Notes: generated by a model not told the origin, from the letters alone. A DNA stretch of 64,000 nucleotides from Bilabrum cf. latius (GCA_965178125.1 OZ237754.1:992001-1056000); one strand, 5' to 3'. Positions 11,235 through 24,901 are shown, counted from the stretch's first letter. A program made the numbers and translations.

Positions 11235-13888
11235 ATGAGTGAAACAGCAGCGCTGATCTCTGAGCTAGAGTCGGCGATTAGTAATGCGAAGGCTGAAATT
11301 GCTGCTGTTGGATCTCCACGGGACTAGCCGTCTGCACCTTAGGTGCAAGAATTGTAGCTTATACCCGGTGAGTTGCTTCCATTGGTTCGGCTTCCTGTGC
11401 TAGCACGTATGCCGGCCTTTAATGTTGCGGAATCGCTGCACCACACCAGAATCGTCGCCTGCATCATGCTCTGTGAACGCGGCAAAACGTGCAAGCTTGG
11501 CTTTATCGGCGCAATAGCATTTATGTCAACTAAAATATCCGCTAGTTAACTTCGATTTTTTCCGTGGACGTGCACCGCAGGCGTGCTCCACCAAGTTTTC
11601 ACGCCTGGCCGGTGTCCGGACGATTCCAAGAGTAGGATGTTCTACCAGGTGCCAAAGTCGCTGGAGTACACCCCATTCTTTGCAGACTTTGGGCCAGTGA
11701 ACACTGGAAAGGTGAGAAATGCCTGCTTCGGACCTCCGCGATCGACAGCGGTCAGAAGTAGTAGTCGATTCGCACCGATGTCGTGTCCATGGGGTGGTAT
11801 TTGCGCACGGCATGGTGGTTTAGTTCAATGTAGAAGTGCTGATTCTGATGTTGCGTGTGGGCCAATCACAGCATCGCCCCCGACATACCTCGCGTAAAAC
11901 CAGTGAGCCATCGCGAGTCGCCGATATTTTTTTGTTGGTGGTGCCCGGTGATCAAGTCAACATCGCAGGTCATACGATTTGTGCAGAAAACAGATGAAGC
12001 TGTTCGCCGTGCTGCAAGGGCAAACAAGGTCGCGGTGTACTGCTCTCCCGATAGCCCGCAGGAGCGTGCGAACGCGGCGTTTCTGGCCGGATCCTACCTG
12101 GTGCTCCGGGGCGGACGCACGGCCGAGGAAGCTTTCGCTCCGTTCATCGGTATCCATCCCCCGCTTTCACCATTTCGAGACGCGGCCTTTGGGCTGTGCA
12201 CGTTCACGCTCTCTGTCCTCGACTGCCTGCGCGGGCTGCGAGCCGCTCTCGAGCGCGGCTTCATCTCGCTCAAGACCTTTTCGCTGGAAAAGTACGAGCA
12301 CGACGAGAACCTGGGGAACGGTGACATCAACTGGATTGTCCCCGGGCTGTTCGTGGCATTCTCGGGCCCGCTGGACAACCCCAAGCGGCTCGCGGACGGG
12401 CGCACCACATGGCGGCCCGAGGAGTACGCGCGGTATTTCCGGTCCAACGGGGTGACGGACGTGGTGCGGCTCAACAAGACGTGCTACGACAGGGAAAAGT
12501 TCGTGGCGCGTGGCATCAGGCATCACGAGCTCTTCTACCCGGACGGGGGTCTGCCCCCCTCGGACATCCTGGCAACCTTCTTCCGAGCGGCCGAGTCCGC
12601 GCGGGGGTCCGTGGGGGTGCACTGCAAGGCGGGGCTGGGGCGCACAGGCACCTGCGTGGGCGCCTTTTTAATGCAACACTACCGCATGACGGCCCGCGAG
12701 TGCGTGGCCTGGATGCGCATCTGCCGGCCCGGCTCCGTGCTGGGCCCTCAGCAGCAGTACCTCGAGTCCATCCAGAGGGACATGTGGGCCCGGGGGGAGT
12801 CCAGGGGCTTCCACACGGCCAAGTTCGGGGAGCATCTTGGAAGGAGGGCGCGGCCTCCTCCTGCTGACGAGCTATCCTGCTGGGATGTGCTGGCCCGGGC
12901 GCAGGAAGCCGTGGGCCTGGGGGGCGCACCCTCCCCGGGGATGTCCCCACTGCCTCCCCCCTCCATGGGGGGAGTAGCGGGGTCTGCGGATGCGTACGCG
13001 AGTGGTCGGGGATCCCCTGCTCTCCACCGCCTGGTGCTGGGCCGCGGGGCCTCCGAGGAGGAGAAGGGCGGTCCGTATGGGCGCGGGTCCCGCGCCGCCT
13101 CGGTGGAGGGCAGCAGCCGCAGCACGAGCGACGAGTCAGCGGCCACTCTGCGCATCGTGGCTGTGCCTGTGCCGCTGCCCGCCGTAGAGACGGTGCTGCC
13201 CGGGAGCACTCGGGACCGGGCCCACGAGCTGTCTGGGATCCGCACCAACATGCGTGCCCTGGCCTCTGCCTTCACCGAGGACGCAGCCACGCCGGGAGGG
13301 TTCCGGCTGCAGGAGGCACCGAGGGGTGGGAGGGGGGATGGCACAGGGGCTGAAGGGGGGGAGCACGCTGCAGGGACCCCCATGCGGGGGGCGGGTACTC
13401 AGGCAGCCCTCCCGGGGTCCAGCGGGGGCACCCCCTCCCGCTTGCGTGGGTTCTCGTCGAGCGGGTTATCCGTGATCAGTGGGGAGCGGATTGACGGTGG
13501 AGGAGGGGGAGGAGGCTCGCAGCTGAGGAGCAGCCGCACCTCCCGGGAAGAGGGCGGCAGCGGGATGTCAACTCCCCGGAGCCACGCCAGCGTGGACTCG
13601 CACGCGCTGTCGCTCTCGAGGTTGAGGAGGAGGGTCACCAGCCAGGACGACGGCATGCAGCTGGGCGCGGGGACACCATCGGCGGTTGCAACCGGCAAGG
13701 TGAGGGCGGGGGAGGGCGACGCCGCGGCCTTTCCTCCCCGCGGCAGCTCCGAGGAGGGGGGGCCTGACGACGATGCGGAGGGGGGGCCCGAGGAGTCGGA
13801 GGGCCCCGTGCGCATGGGGGGGGGCGGTTCGCCGGCGAGAGGGAGCGGCGCCGCGAGGCCCACACCCAGCCCCCAGGGGACCACCTGA
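11235..13888 (+). CDS. CDC14: Cdc14 dual-specificity phosphatase; exons 11235-11367, 11581-11711, 11969-13888; three TAG in exon 1
   Basis: YTPFFADFGP, FRDAAFG, GDINWIVPG, active site VHCKAGLGRTG and RPGSVLGPQQQYL. Both GT-AG introns restore the frame. Ends TGA. Confidence 0.93.
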
Positions 13889-14572
13889 TCCGATCCTTTT
13901 GATCCGATCCTGGCGTGACTTTACCCGTCAGGTGCGGTCTGCTCGGCTGTGTCGCGCCGGGTAAGTCTCCCCTTCCACCCTCCTACTCCCCCTTGTCTCT
14001 GCTCTCCCCCTCCCGGGCCGCCCCCAGCCAGCACAGGACGACCAACCTCTCGCAAAGAGGCCAGGGCGGCAGCTCGCCGCGGCATCACGCGAAGGCCAGC
14101 TCTTGCTGGCGACTCGCGTGACTCGTCGCGGCAGCTGTCGCCCCCGCTTCCAAGCCGTGAGTGGCACGTTGTCCGGTGCAGGCAGGTTCTTGCATGCGGC
14201 GGCCCGGGCCAGGGGATGGGGATCGGGCGGTGAGGCCTGCAGAGCTTTGGATTGGGTTATGCGAAAAGTGGATGACCCTGATCTCTGCTTTGAATCCGAT
14301 CGCGTGATTCTGATCCGATCCAAGTTTGCGTGCGTTGCTTCGTCTCAGCGTGTAACACAGCGGAAGAGAAGCGATAGCGGTGTCCTTTCTAGTCAGTTTG
14401 TGGCGCGACAATCAGCTGTAATTCTATCACGAAGGCCGTTCCAAGGCTGGTTTACTCGGCACATGCCGACCTGCCTGTGGATTCAGCAGTCCCTCTCCCC
14501 ATCCGGCAGCAAGCCTCACTCCCACTGCCGCTAGCCTAGTCAGCCGCGTTTTGATTCGCCTGGTCTAGGCTG

Positions 14573-16680
14573 TCAGTCGCACTGCCATAGGTGCACTCTT
14601 CCCGAAGCCGTGGTGGCGCCCAGGAACGGCAGCACGGGGTGCACTGCATTGAGCGTCGGTACCGCCGTCATGCGGTCAGGGTCCGCGAAGGCGTGCAGCC
14701 GCTGCCCCGAGGACGCGTCGAACACCTCCACCTGCCTCGTCTTCATGGCGCCCACCAGCACGACGTCGTCCCCACGCGGGTCCCAGACCGTCCGGAAGTT
14801 GGACAGCCAGCGGCCCGTGTGGTTGTTGTGCCGGATCACCACAGAGGCCTGCGGCCCCGTGCCCTTGCCCTTGCCCTTAGCCGCTGCACCAGCTCCCCCA
14901 GAGAGGCACGCCTCGGTGTCAAAGACGCGGATGGTGTCGTCGTTGCAGGTGACAACGAACTTTTTCCCTGTGGGGGAGAAATAGCCCGAGGTGACCGAGT
15001 TCTTGTGGGTCATGGTGGCCAGAGGCTGGAAGGCACCCGGCTTGGGGATGTGCTGCCAGTCGGCGCTGCCTTCGTCCGTGGTGTCCACAGGGTGCTTCTT
15101 GTCCCCGCCGGCAGGAATCACCGGGGTGCTGGGCCACTTGCGGATGTCCCAGATGCAGGCAGTGCTGTCCATGGCGCACGACAGCAGCCTGTGCCCGTCC
15201 GGGTGCAGCGAGATGGATCCCGTCTTCCTCTCGTGGATGCTGATGAACCGGGGGGCCGTGTAGGCAGGCGTGCCCCCTTGCACAGAGTGTAGCACGGTGG
15301 CAGCTTCTTCTTTCTCCCCTGACTCCTTGTCCTTCCCAGCTCCCCCCTTCGCCTCTGCCTCCTTGTCCTCGCCCTCGTCCTCGCCGCGCTTGCGCTTGCG
15401 GCCCACCGATGCACCCGATGCACTCCCGCTTGGCCCATCGTCCGCCCCCGCCCCGCTTGCGGCTGCCTGGCGGCGGGGACTAGACCGGCGAGGGGAGCCA
15501 GACGATGAGGAGGATGCTGCCGCTGCTGCTGCTGCAGAAGACGATGACGAGGATGACGAGGATGCAGCCGGCGCAGCTGCTGCAGTAGACCCCTTGCCAG
15601 CCGCCCGCTTGGTCCTGAGAGCCTGTGCCACGGCCCTGGGCCCCTCTCTCCGGTCTACCCGCAGCAGCTCCCCGCGCGCAGTCGAGGCAAACAGCACGCT
15701 GCCGTCGTCAGGGGCCTCCACCCCGTACAGTAGCTCGTCCCACATGGCGCAGCACACGCTCGTCTCCGTCACTGCGTCAAGGCAGCGCACTGTGCGGTCG
15801 TACGAGGCCGTGAATACCTGTGTTGGGTCGCTCCGCAGCGGCAGCAGCCCGCTGATGGCCCTGTTGTGCACGAAGAGCTCGGTGACGCATGCGTCGTCGT
15901 CCTCCTCCAGCGGCCTCCATGCGCCCAGCTTGCCCCAGCGATCGCCGACCCACAGGACTGCGCTGTCCGCACGGGGGTGCCATATCGTAGAATAAATTCT
16001 GGATGGCACGCACTTCGCAACGTGGTCGTCGGATCGAATACGCATGCTGGAGTAGTCCAGGCAACTCTTCCCTTTAAAGCGAGCTGAAATTTCCGCCCTT
16101 GAGGTGGTCGATCCCCCAGCATCACCAGCAGATGAGAATGTATACGTGTGTTTACCGCTATGCTTAGCAAGGGACTGCATCATGGCTTGTGCATGGCCGA
16201 CCTGGTCCTCTTCTGCATTCAAAAACACCGGCAGCGACCGGTCGCCGAGTTTTGCCGCTCCTCCGGGATGGGAGGGAATAATTGACTCAAGAGCCTGCAA
16301 TAATATGTAAACATAAAGCAATCGGGGCTTGCTTCAAGTGGTTTGGCTGGATAAACAGCAATACTTTCGCCGGGACAATCCAATTAGCAGGTGCGTCAGA
16401 TCCCTCTTACCTGCGCTTGCCTTGCTGCTGGGGGTGGGACAGGATTCCCCTCTGGATCCAAGCCCAACCGACGGCTGCTTCTCCGCCGAGGCATCACCGC
16501 GGCTGGTTTAGACTGGCTGTATTTTGAAAGGGATCGCTCCGTTCTAGCTCGCTTCCGAGCCGACTACTGCTCTTCTACTACAGTCTCAATAGCGCGCTTC
16601 TGGTCTGCGATCCCCAACTTCTGGGCAATTGCTGCCTTTGCCGCGATGGCTTGTCGACGGGCTTCTTCGTAAGCGTCCAT
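14573..16680 (-). CDS. WDR76: WD40 protein of the WDR76/Cmr1 (DDB2-like) family; exons 16680-16411 and 16294-14573; TAG at 16564-16566
   Basis: N-terminus MDAYEEARRQAIA...KLGI and RRSSRRLG; VAKCVPSRIYS, GDRWGKLG, HNNHTGRWLSNFR, TASGRVHLW. Intron GTAAGA...TGCAG. Confidence 0.88.
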
Positions 16681-16808
16681 TATGGTCTGTTGTATTGTAT
16701 GAATGTCGGAGCGTCGGACAGCCGGTCGTGATCTTCATCTTCAATACTATGTGCACTTGCGCTTCGGCAGGATGGCCCCTTAGTCGCACGTTTGGCTGCA
16801 CCTATCAA

Positions 16809-17041
16809 TCATGTTTGGGCAGCTCCGCTCCCAGCCGCCGATTCCCCCGCGGCGCCCTCCCCCAGGCCGCCCTCCCCCGCACCGCGACCCGCCCGCAGCC
16901 TCGCATTCTCCCGAGCCAGGTCCGCGAGACGCGCCCGCAGCACTTGGTTCGCCAGCGCCGCTTCTTGGGCCACATCTCCCTCTCCAAGTGTCACCAGCCC
17001 GCCCCTCGCGAATCCACCCGGTCCCAGCCGGTGCACCAGCC

Positions 17042-17078
<37 letters not shown>

Positions 17079-20000
17079 AGTACCGCGTGGCTCCAGCCCG
17101 GGACCCATGCCCAGCACGGGGGTGTGCAGCCCGGGCCCGGGGCCCAGCGCCCCCATGTCAGCCCGCCCCCATCCCGCCTGCAGCAGGGCCCGCACCCTCA
17201 TGGCCCTCCTGAGGTGCCGCCCCATGTCCTGCAGCCACTCGCCCATCTCCCCGCGGCTAGGCCCGATCCACTCGGACAGGTGTTCCCCGCGGTGGTGACC
17301 CGGCCCTTGCCCACCCGCCATCCCACTCATCACACCCCCCACGAGCGGCTGCTCGAGTCCTCCTCCTCCTCCCCGCAGCTGGGCCAGGGCGCCCACCACT
17401 GCGCTCTCCTCGGGGCCTAGCGCCGACTGAGGCGGCGGACCGCTGCGATGCCCCTTACCCTGCCCTATGCCCTTGCCCTTGCCCTTGCCCTTGCCCTCGC
17501 TATTACAAGCGTTTCCACCGGACGCCGCTGCACTCACAGACGATCCTGACCTGAACCCCTCCCAGTCGTCGAATGGGTCGCTCCACCGGCGGGAATGCGC
17601 AGTGGCCGCTGCGGCCGCCCCTGCTGCTGCCGCCAACCGCACCCTGTCCGCCCCGTCCTGCATGCCAGCGCGGGCTAGCAAAGAAACAGCCGATGCAAGA
17701 GACTACAGCGCGGCTTTGACACCAGCTACGCCAGTTCTGCTGCCATGGCTACTGGCGCTGCCTGTCGCTGCCTTCCCCTTCCCCTTCCGTTTCTGGTCCT
17801 CCTCGTCCCCGTCCCCATCCCCGTCCTCGTCCTCGCTCTCTGACAGAGCCTTTATGGCCCGGGCAGCGGCCTGTTCAGCTGCCGCCAGCATCGAGCGGCT
17901 GCGGTGCTGCAGATACTTCCGACTCCGAGTCATTCCGCGGCCCGCACCCCCACCACCACCACGGTGTTCATAGTCCTCCTCGTCGTCCTGCTCCATGCTG
18001 GAGCCAGAGCCAGAACCAGAACCAGAACCAGCCATCAAGCCCAACTCAGAGGACGCGCTGGAGGATACTGACTCGGAATCAGAATCGGAATCAGAATCAG
18101 AATCGGAACCGGAGTCGGAGTCGGACATATGATGCCCGGCTGGCTGAGATGTGACTCGCGGCGCGGTGAACCCGCCATTGGCAACCACGCCCGACCGGTT
18201 GTTCTTGCTCTTGTTCTTGCTCTTGCTCTTGTTCTTGTTCTTGCTCTTGTTCTTGTTCTTGCTCTTGTTCTTGTTCTTGTCGTCCCCAGCTCGTTCCTTG
18301 CCAGTTGTGGCCGTGGCTCGCACCCGGGCAGTGCCCCCCTTGCTGCCGAGAAACAGTCCCGCCGCCTCGCCTCCCTCCTCCCGCATGATGGCGATCTCGG
18401 CAACCACGCGCTTGGTGATGGTCTGCGCGGGGGTGCGTGCCGATGGGGGCCGCAGCCACAGGGTACCATCGTCCTGGGTCTTGCCCGGGGCACCAGGTGC
18501 ACTCCCCCTGGGTCTGAGACCCAGCTGTGGCTTGGCTTGGTGCTTCAGTCGGACGAGTTCCTCAAGGGCCTCTCGCGATAGCCGATGCAGCCTGGGCATA
18601 CGAGTGGAAGCATCCGTCGATTGCGATGACGGTGGTCCACTGGAGGTCCTCGCTTTCTTCCTGGGCCTGGAGGAAGAAGCCAGGCCGCTCCCGGTCTCAT
18701 CCTCATCGTCGTCCTCCCCTTCGTCGCTCGCTCCTTGCTCCCGAGCGGCAGCACAGCCCGAGCTGCCATGCACCGCGGCCCACCTCAAGAACTCCGCATC
18801 CATCCACTCGGGCTCGGCCAGACGCAGCACCGTGTTGCTGCCCGCGTCTCCGTGCCGCACTGGAGGAGCACCTGCCATCTAGTCCCGGGCTAGGGCAGGC
18901 AGCAGCCACCGCCTCCAGCCGAGCACGCCGCCAGAGAAGGCCCCTGGGAGTACCTCTTCGATGGAAGCCCCACTATCGCTGGCACTGTCGCTATCATCCT
19001 CGCTATCATCGGCACCATCGCCATCGCTCTCGTTATTGCCTCCACCGTCCCCCCGCCCACTGCCCCTGCCACCCCCTCTTCCTCGTCTCCCTCCCTTCCT
19101 GCCTTCCTCATTTTCCTCGTCTTCGTCGCTGCTATCAGAGCCGGACAACCTCAAGCTATCCTGATCGTCGTCCTTACCAGCACCCTTGTCCTTGTCCTTG
19201 TCCTTGTCCTTGGTCTCACTCTGCCCTTCGCCCCCGGATATTGTTCGCGGCCGCTTCATGCCTGCCATCCTGAGACGTGCCCCTCCCCCGCCCCCCTTAC
19301 TCCCCATCTTCCTCTGCTATCTCCTCTCAGCCTCCTTGGCCTCCATCAGCGCCCCCTTCACCGCTCGCCTCACGTCCCGCACGTTCTGTCGCGCCTGCTG
19401 GGAGGCAGACATGGGCCCGCTCCCAAGAAAATACTCCCGCCTGGCTGCCACCGCCTTTCGCCGCACCTCCCTAGCCGCCTCGATGCGCTCGTCCCCCAGT
19501 GAGTCGGGCAGGCACTCGGGCGCGATGTCCGCTGCTCCCTTCAGCTCCCACTGAAACAGTCCCTCCGGACCTAGCCGGTCCCTGAGCCCCGGCCTGCGGG
19601 CCGCGAGCAGCCGGCCTTGCTGCGCCTGCATGCGCTCCGCTGCCCCCGACACCGCCCTCTCCACCGCAGTGACGCCCTAGATGGCCCTGCCCCACGCAGA
19701 GATGGCTAGGTCCGGGAGACCGTGCTCTGCCGGCCTCTTCGCCCTCTCCTCTAGCTCGGGGTGCAGCCGCATCGACACCATCGGGAGACCTAGAGGCTCG
19801 GCATCCCTCCGCCCGCCCGTATTGGCCTCCTGTTCCATTGGCATGAATCCGGGCTGCATGCCTGCCACTCTTCCCAGCAGCTCCAATCTCCAGGACAAGG
19901 GCGGCAGCACGGTGGCCTGACAAGGGCCTGCCACCAGGGGGCTTGCCCCCCTGGACTGCAGGGAGGCTCCTCCTCGCCCCTACCCTTGCCCCTCGCCCAG

Positions 20001-22142
20001 TCCCAGCCCCGCGAGACTCAGCTCCCGTAGCTCCGTCCTCATGCACTCCAAGGCTCGTCCCAGCCTCCTCACGGCGTGCTCCTGCAGCGCGCCTCGTAGG
20101 TGCCCGCAGCACGTGGCCACAGCGTCTCTCCAGGCCAGCGAGGGACTACCCTCTACTTCTCCAGCCGTCTGCAAGCTAGCCCGGGTCTCGATTCGGCTCA
20201 GCGCGGCGGCGGCCTGCTCCAGGCTCTCAAACCGCAGCTGTCGAACCGCCAGCAGCCAGTCCAGCCCGCACTCCATGCGCTGCTTGCTGCCTCTGTCCCG
20301 CGCACCACCCGCCTTCCCCCTTCCCTGCACCCCAGATCTGGAGGGTGGGAGTGCAAAGGCAGCCCAGAGCGGGCCCTCGGTGGGGCCCTGCAGGCAGCGG
20401 TACCAGCAGCTCTCCATGCAGCGGGCTAGCAGGAGGGCAGGCAGGGCGCGGCTGCACCCCGCTGCGGCCACCACCGCGGCATCGCCGACCCGCGGGGGAA
20501 CAGAGCCCAGGCTGCGCCCACAAGGGAGTTGTGCCAGCAGCAATGACCGCAAAAATGGTCCATGCATGCCCATGAGGCTGTTGGGGGCCCCCACCGGCCA
20601 CTCGCTGTGGGAGGGGGGCTCTCGACCAGCAGGGGGCCCACTTGATGATGCAGGGGGGCGTGTGCCGCTGCTGCTCCCCCTTGTGACGCCGCCGCTGCTG
20701 CCGCTGCCGCTGCTGCCGCTGCTGCTGCTGCTGCTGCTGCTAGCCGATATGTGCTTGGGCGGGTGAACGCCAACCTTAGCGTCCCCACTACTTGACAAAC
20801 TGAGTGGCCCACCTCCACCTCCACCTCCGATGCCTCCGATGCCTCCGATGGGTCGGGAGGGGCTGCCCAGCCGCCCCGCCCCGTGCACAGAGCGGGCGAT
20901 AGCTCCGGCCCTGGGCCTATTCCCACACACTGCCTCCATCACTGCGGCCGGCAAGGGACAGTCCAGGTCGAGCGGCCAGCAGCCGTGCAGGCCGGCAGCC
21001 GGCGAGTCCTGGTCCGGAGAGAGCGCGGACGGGAGGCGGGGGCTCGTTCCTGCCGATAGAAGGCCCCACTGGGCGACGGTGCCCGCTTCCAGTGTGACGA
21101 GTGCGTTTGCCACGGCGTGATCACTGGCCGCGTGTTCCTCGGGGCCCAAGGGCCCGCCTCCCCGCACGATGGGTGGGAGCCGAGGCGGGCTTGGGGGGCT
21201 GGGCGGGGAACTTGTCTGTCTTGACTGCCTGTCTGCTTTCGCTGCCTCTGATGAATCCCCTCCCTCAATACCACGGAGGGACCCTCGCGGTGCGTTTGCC
21301 TTTGCCTCTGTCTCTGTCTCTGCCACTTGACCCCTGGCACGGCCGATGGACCCTCGGGGACTGCTACTGGAGCTCGACGATCCCTTGGCAGATGCACTCG
21401 ATGCAGACGAGGTGGAACGCCCTAGAGAATCGGCCGGATTTACACTACTTTCACCCTTGAGGACAGGTCGTGGGGCACGCAGGGCCTCCTGGGCAGCCAG
21501 CACAGCCCTCGAGGCGGCCACTGGGGCCCAGTGCAAGTCGTGGTCGCGGCCTCGCTCCGCTAGCTCGCGGGCCCTCTCCGCTGAAAGGGGCCGCACAGCA
21601 CCCGAGGGCTCCTGCCTACCTGCTTCTACATCTGCAGCATCTGCAAGGGCACAGTGCAGGGCGGGCAGCGCCCCCATCACTGCCAGGCAGGGCAAGCACA
21701 GCCAGTCGTTGTCTCGTGACATTAAACAAGACTGTCGAGCCTTGCCCTCACGTCTGAATGTGTGGTTTTGTATGCCAAGCAACACTACGGATTCCCATCT
21801 TTGTAACATTTGTTCCCATTGGATACAGTCTGCCTCCTGCCATGAGCCGCCGCAGCTGCAGCATCGATACAGACCGCTCGGTGCTGCTGCTCCGGAGCTT
21901 AGCGGGATCTTTCTGCTTGAAATTTTCAATGCAGCGTCATGACAACCCCTCTGCTTGGTTTCCTCTTCGGGTGACTCGCGGTGTACGCTCCGACTGGGCC
22001 CAGCATGAGGCCAGCCCATCTCGCCTTGTATCCGGCAAGTTTCATGAGCATATGAACCAACTTCCAACTAGGATTCGGTGGAATGCATTCTACATATCTA
22101 ACAAAATCCTTCTGCTGCCATGTCACCCCCAGATGATTCCAT
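16809..22142 (-). CDS. Large (~1,780 aa) hypothetical protein with a Cys-rich, zinc-finger-like N-terminus and long low-complexity tracts; about 7 in-frame TAG
   Basis: ORFs 19980-22067, 19677-19934, 19317-19664, 18879-19307, 17703-18878 and 16809-17681 are one frame joined by TAG and end in TGA. N-terminus FC*ICR...HETC...CCSC...WLCLPC. Confidence 0.65.
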
Positions 22143-22516
22143 GGTATGGCTGAACACACCGAGCTGAATCCAAAATTTGATGTATTACTGGACAGCCTCC
22201 AGGTGATCGAAAACAGAACCAGAATGAGAAAATCTCGACAATCCGTTGTGCAAGATATCAAAGAAAATTTTGGGTAAGTAGTACTACGAGATACTGCTGG
22301 TATATCGCAGCAGTCCACCGTTCGGTAGGACCTCGACGTTCTGGTTTTAAAATGTTTATAACGCGTGAATAGAACGTTCCGGGTTCGAAGTGCTCAGCAA
22401 GACTTTCCAGAGCTCACCACCGCCCGTGTACTTGTATTCGACCTGCATTGTGCCGGCAAATATATTGACAATCATCACACGTATCATCTGGTGCATTGCT
22501 TGCACTAATTGGTGTC

Positions 22517-23617
22517 ATGTCATCAGTGACTGAGACGTTGCCCAAGTTCCAGCCTCGCAAAAAGAAGGGCAAGAAGCGTAAAGCTACGCGTCGTTCTGAT
22601 GTCTCTGCGCTGGACGATACTGGTTCTTCTGCTTTGCTTCCCACAAAACGGAACGGAGAAAAGGACAAGGCTTTGCAAGCTTCTTTCTCGACGGAGCAAG
22701 ACCGCAAGAGACGACGTGTTGCTCTTGACGACGCCTCCAAATCGGCCGGGCACGTGACTATGCTAACTTCAGACGCCGATGCTGTGCACGACAGTTCTTT
22801 GAACGCAATGGGGCCAAAACGAAGCGCCCAGGATAGCGGTAACAACAGCGCGTTCGACTACACGCCTGACCTATGCAAGGATTTCTTAGAGACGGGCTAT
22901 TGCGGCTGGGGAGACGCGTGTATCTACATGCACGACCGAAATCCAGGGACACCGGGCTGGAAGGTCGAGAAGGAGTGGCAAGAGAAGCGCAAGGCCGAGC
23001 GCGAGCAGCTCATGCGCGGAGGAATCGCAGGGCAGGACGAGGACGGTGCCCTCCCATGGGCCTGCTTCCTCTGCAGGGGGGACTTCCAGCGGCCCGTGCA
23101 AACTGCCTGCGGGCACATCTTTTGCGAAGCGTGCGCGCTTCGGAGGTTCCGCTCGGACACCCGGTGCGCGGTGTGCCAGCGGGACACGCAGGGCGTCTTT
23201 TAGTCGGCTGCACGGCTCGAGCCGCAGCTGAGGGCGAGGGCAGAGGCAAAAAGAAAAGCCGATGCAGCTGACGGAACTGCGGCCCCTTTGAAGAGCGAGG
23301 GCACCGCAGTAGCTGGTGCCTCCCAGGGTGTTGTGCCCCCTGTCGCTGGCTCCTTGGCACCCAGGGATCCTGTGGAAGATGGTGCTGTGCTGCAGCCCGC
23401 AGCTGCGTCCTCTACTTCCGCTTCGACTTCATCTCCCTAGTCTGGAACACCCGCTGGGCCACCTACTGGCGCGGGATCGGGCGTAGCAGGGGGAAAGCCA
23501 GCGAGTGCGGGCGCGTGGGGTAAGCCTGCGGCTTTAGCAAGTAAGGCGGGGTCGTGGGGGAAGCCCAAATCGGCGCCATCTACAGCCAACGATGTTACCC
23601 CAGGTAGCATAAAGTGA
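22517..23617 (+). CDS. CWC24: Cwc24/RNF113-type CCCH + RING splicing factor; reads through TAG 23201-23203 and TAG ~23438
   Basis: FDYTPDLCKDFLETGYCGWGDACIYMHDR and LPWACFLCRGDFQRPVQTACGHIFCEACA...CAVC. The frame stays open to TGA 23615-23617. Confidence 0.9.
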
Positions 23618-24031
23618 TATGCCAAAGTCGATTCCAGCTGGGACTAGCACGGTGCCTGGGTGCATGCACGTCCCATCTAGTAGCCCGGGCCAGTGCTGAG
23701 AGCCGGCACTGGATGGCCGGCATGCCAGCCTGCGTGTCTGCCAGCCAGCCAGCCAGCCTGGCGGAGCTGTATTGAGATTCGATCTGGGGTTTGGTTGAGG
23801 GTTCATACCGCGATGAATACCGGATGGCAGTGTGTTTGGCATACAGTGCCATATTTAGAGGCGTTCTCCACGTCGTCGAGCAGTCTTGGGCTCGGAAAGG
23901 CCTAAGTCATGGAAAAGCAGCTCATAGTTCGGGGCTAGGTATTAATTGTAAATGTGAGACGTGTTTCAATCTAGATCTATAGTAGCCGCTAGCGAAACCT
24001 CCTCATTCCGCAACTGAGAGCAGACCTCTCT

Positions 24032-24869
24032 TTACATGCTCATGCCCAAGCCCCTGCCCCGCATGCCCCATGCAACCACTCTGCGGTCCTCGCCTCCACT
24101 CACGCCGGCATCTGCCCCGCTCCACGCGCACGCCAGCAGCTTGGGTGGCGCCCTGCTGCCTAAAGCCTTGTCAGCCCCTGCCCCTGCCCCTGCCCCTGCC
24201 CCTGAGCCTGCCGATGCCGCGGCCTCGCCTGCTCTTGCTGCTGCCCCGGCGGTCTCCTCCCCGGGCCACCCATGCCGCAGCGCGTACAGCGGCGCGCGAG
24301 GGGCCCGCAGGTCCCACGCCCGGCACGCCCCATCGTGCGCCGCAGACAGAAGCAGGTGTCGGTCTGACGGGTGCCATGCCACCGAGCTAATCCACGGCAA
24401 GCCCTTGTGCCGAAGCACTACAGAGGCCCCCGCCTTGTCCGAGCCCGCGCCAGCCCTGTCCCTGGCATCGCCCGCCCTCGTGTCCCACACGCGGGCCGTC
24501 CCGTCCGAGTGGCTCGTGGCGAGCTGCTGGCCAGAGGGCCCGGGCGACAAGCCCGTCGGCGTCTTGCCCACGGCCACCCGCTGTCGCAGCGCCTCTGGAG
24601 GCACCGCTCGGGATCGAGACGCGGCGTCGCCCGAGGACCCCGCCCCCAGCAGCCTCTCCGTGTCCCAAAGACAGAGGCTACGGTCCCAGGAGCAAGTCGC
24701 GAGGACCGCGCCGGGCACTCCGAGGCCAGAGGACGCCCCGGCGCCGAAGGTGGCCCCACTCACGCACCCCCGGTGCATCTTGCCGAACCGGGCGGTGGGC
24801 TGCAGGACGGGGGCGGCGCTGCGCCGCCCCAGGGCCTTGCTAGGCTTGGCCCCTCCTACGCCGCCCGAT

Positions 24870-24901
<32 letters not shown>

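Noticed and set aside
18060-18280. GAATCA/GAATCG and TTGTTC/TTGCTC hexamer runs as satellite or telomere-like repeats
   Set aside because: They are coding microsatellites (SD and KN/KS dipeptide repeats) inside the minus-strand gene.
24032-24034. Standard ciliate-type code with both TAA and TAG as Gln
   Set aside because: Ytm1 and ANT end in TAA where family members end, and the sequence after the Ytm1 TAA looks non-coding. There is no in-frame TAA among dozens of TAGs, apart from the unresolved case at 707. Not fully excluded.
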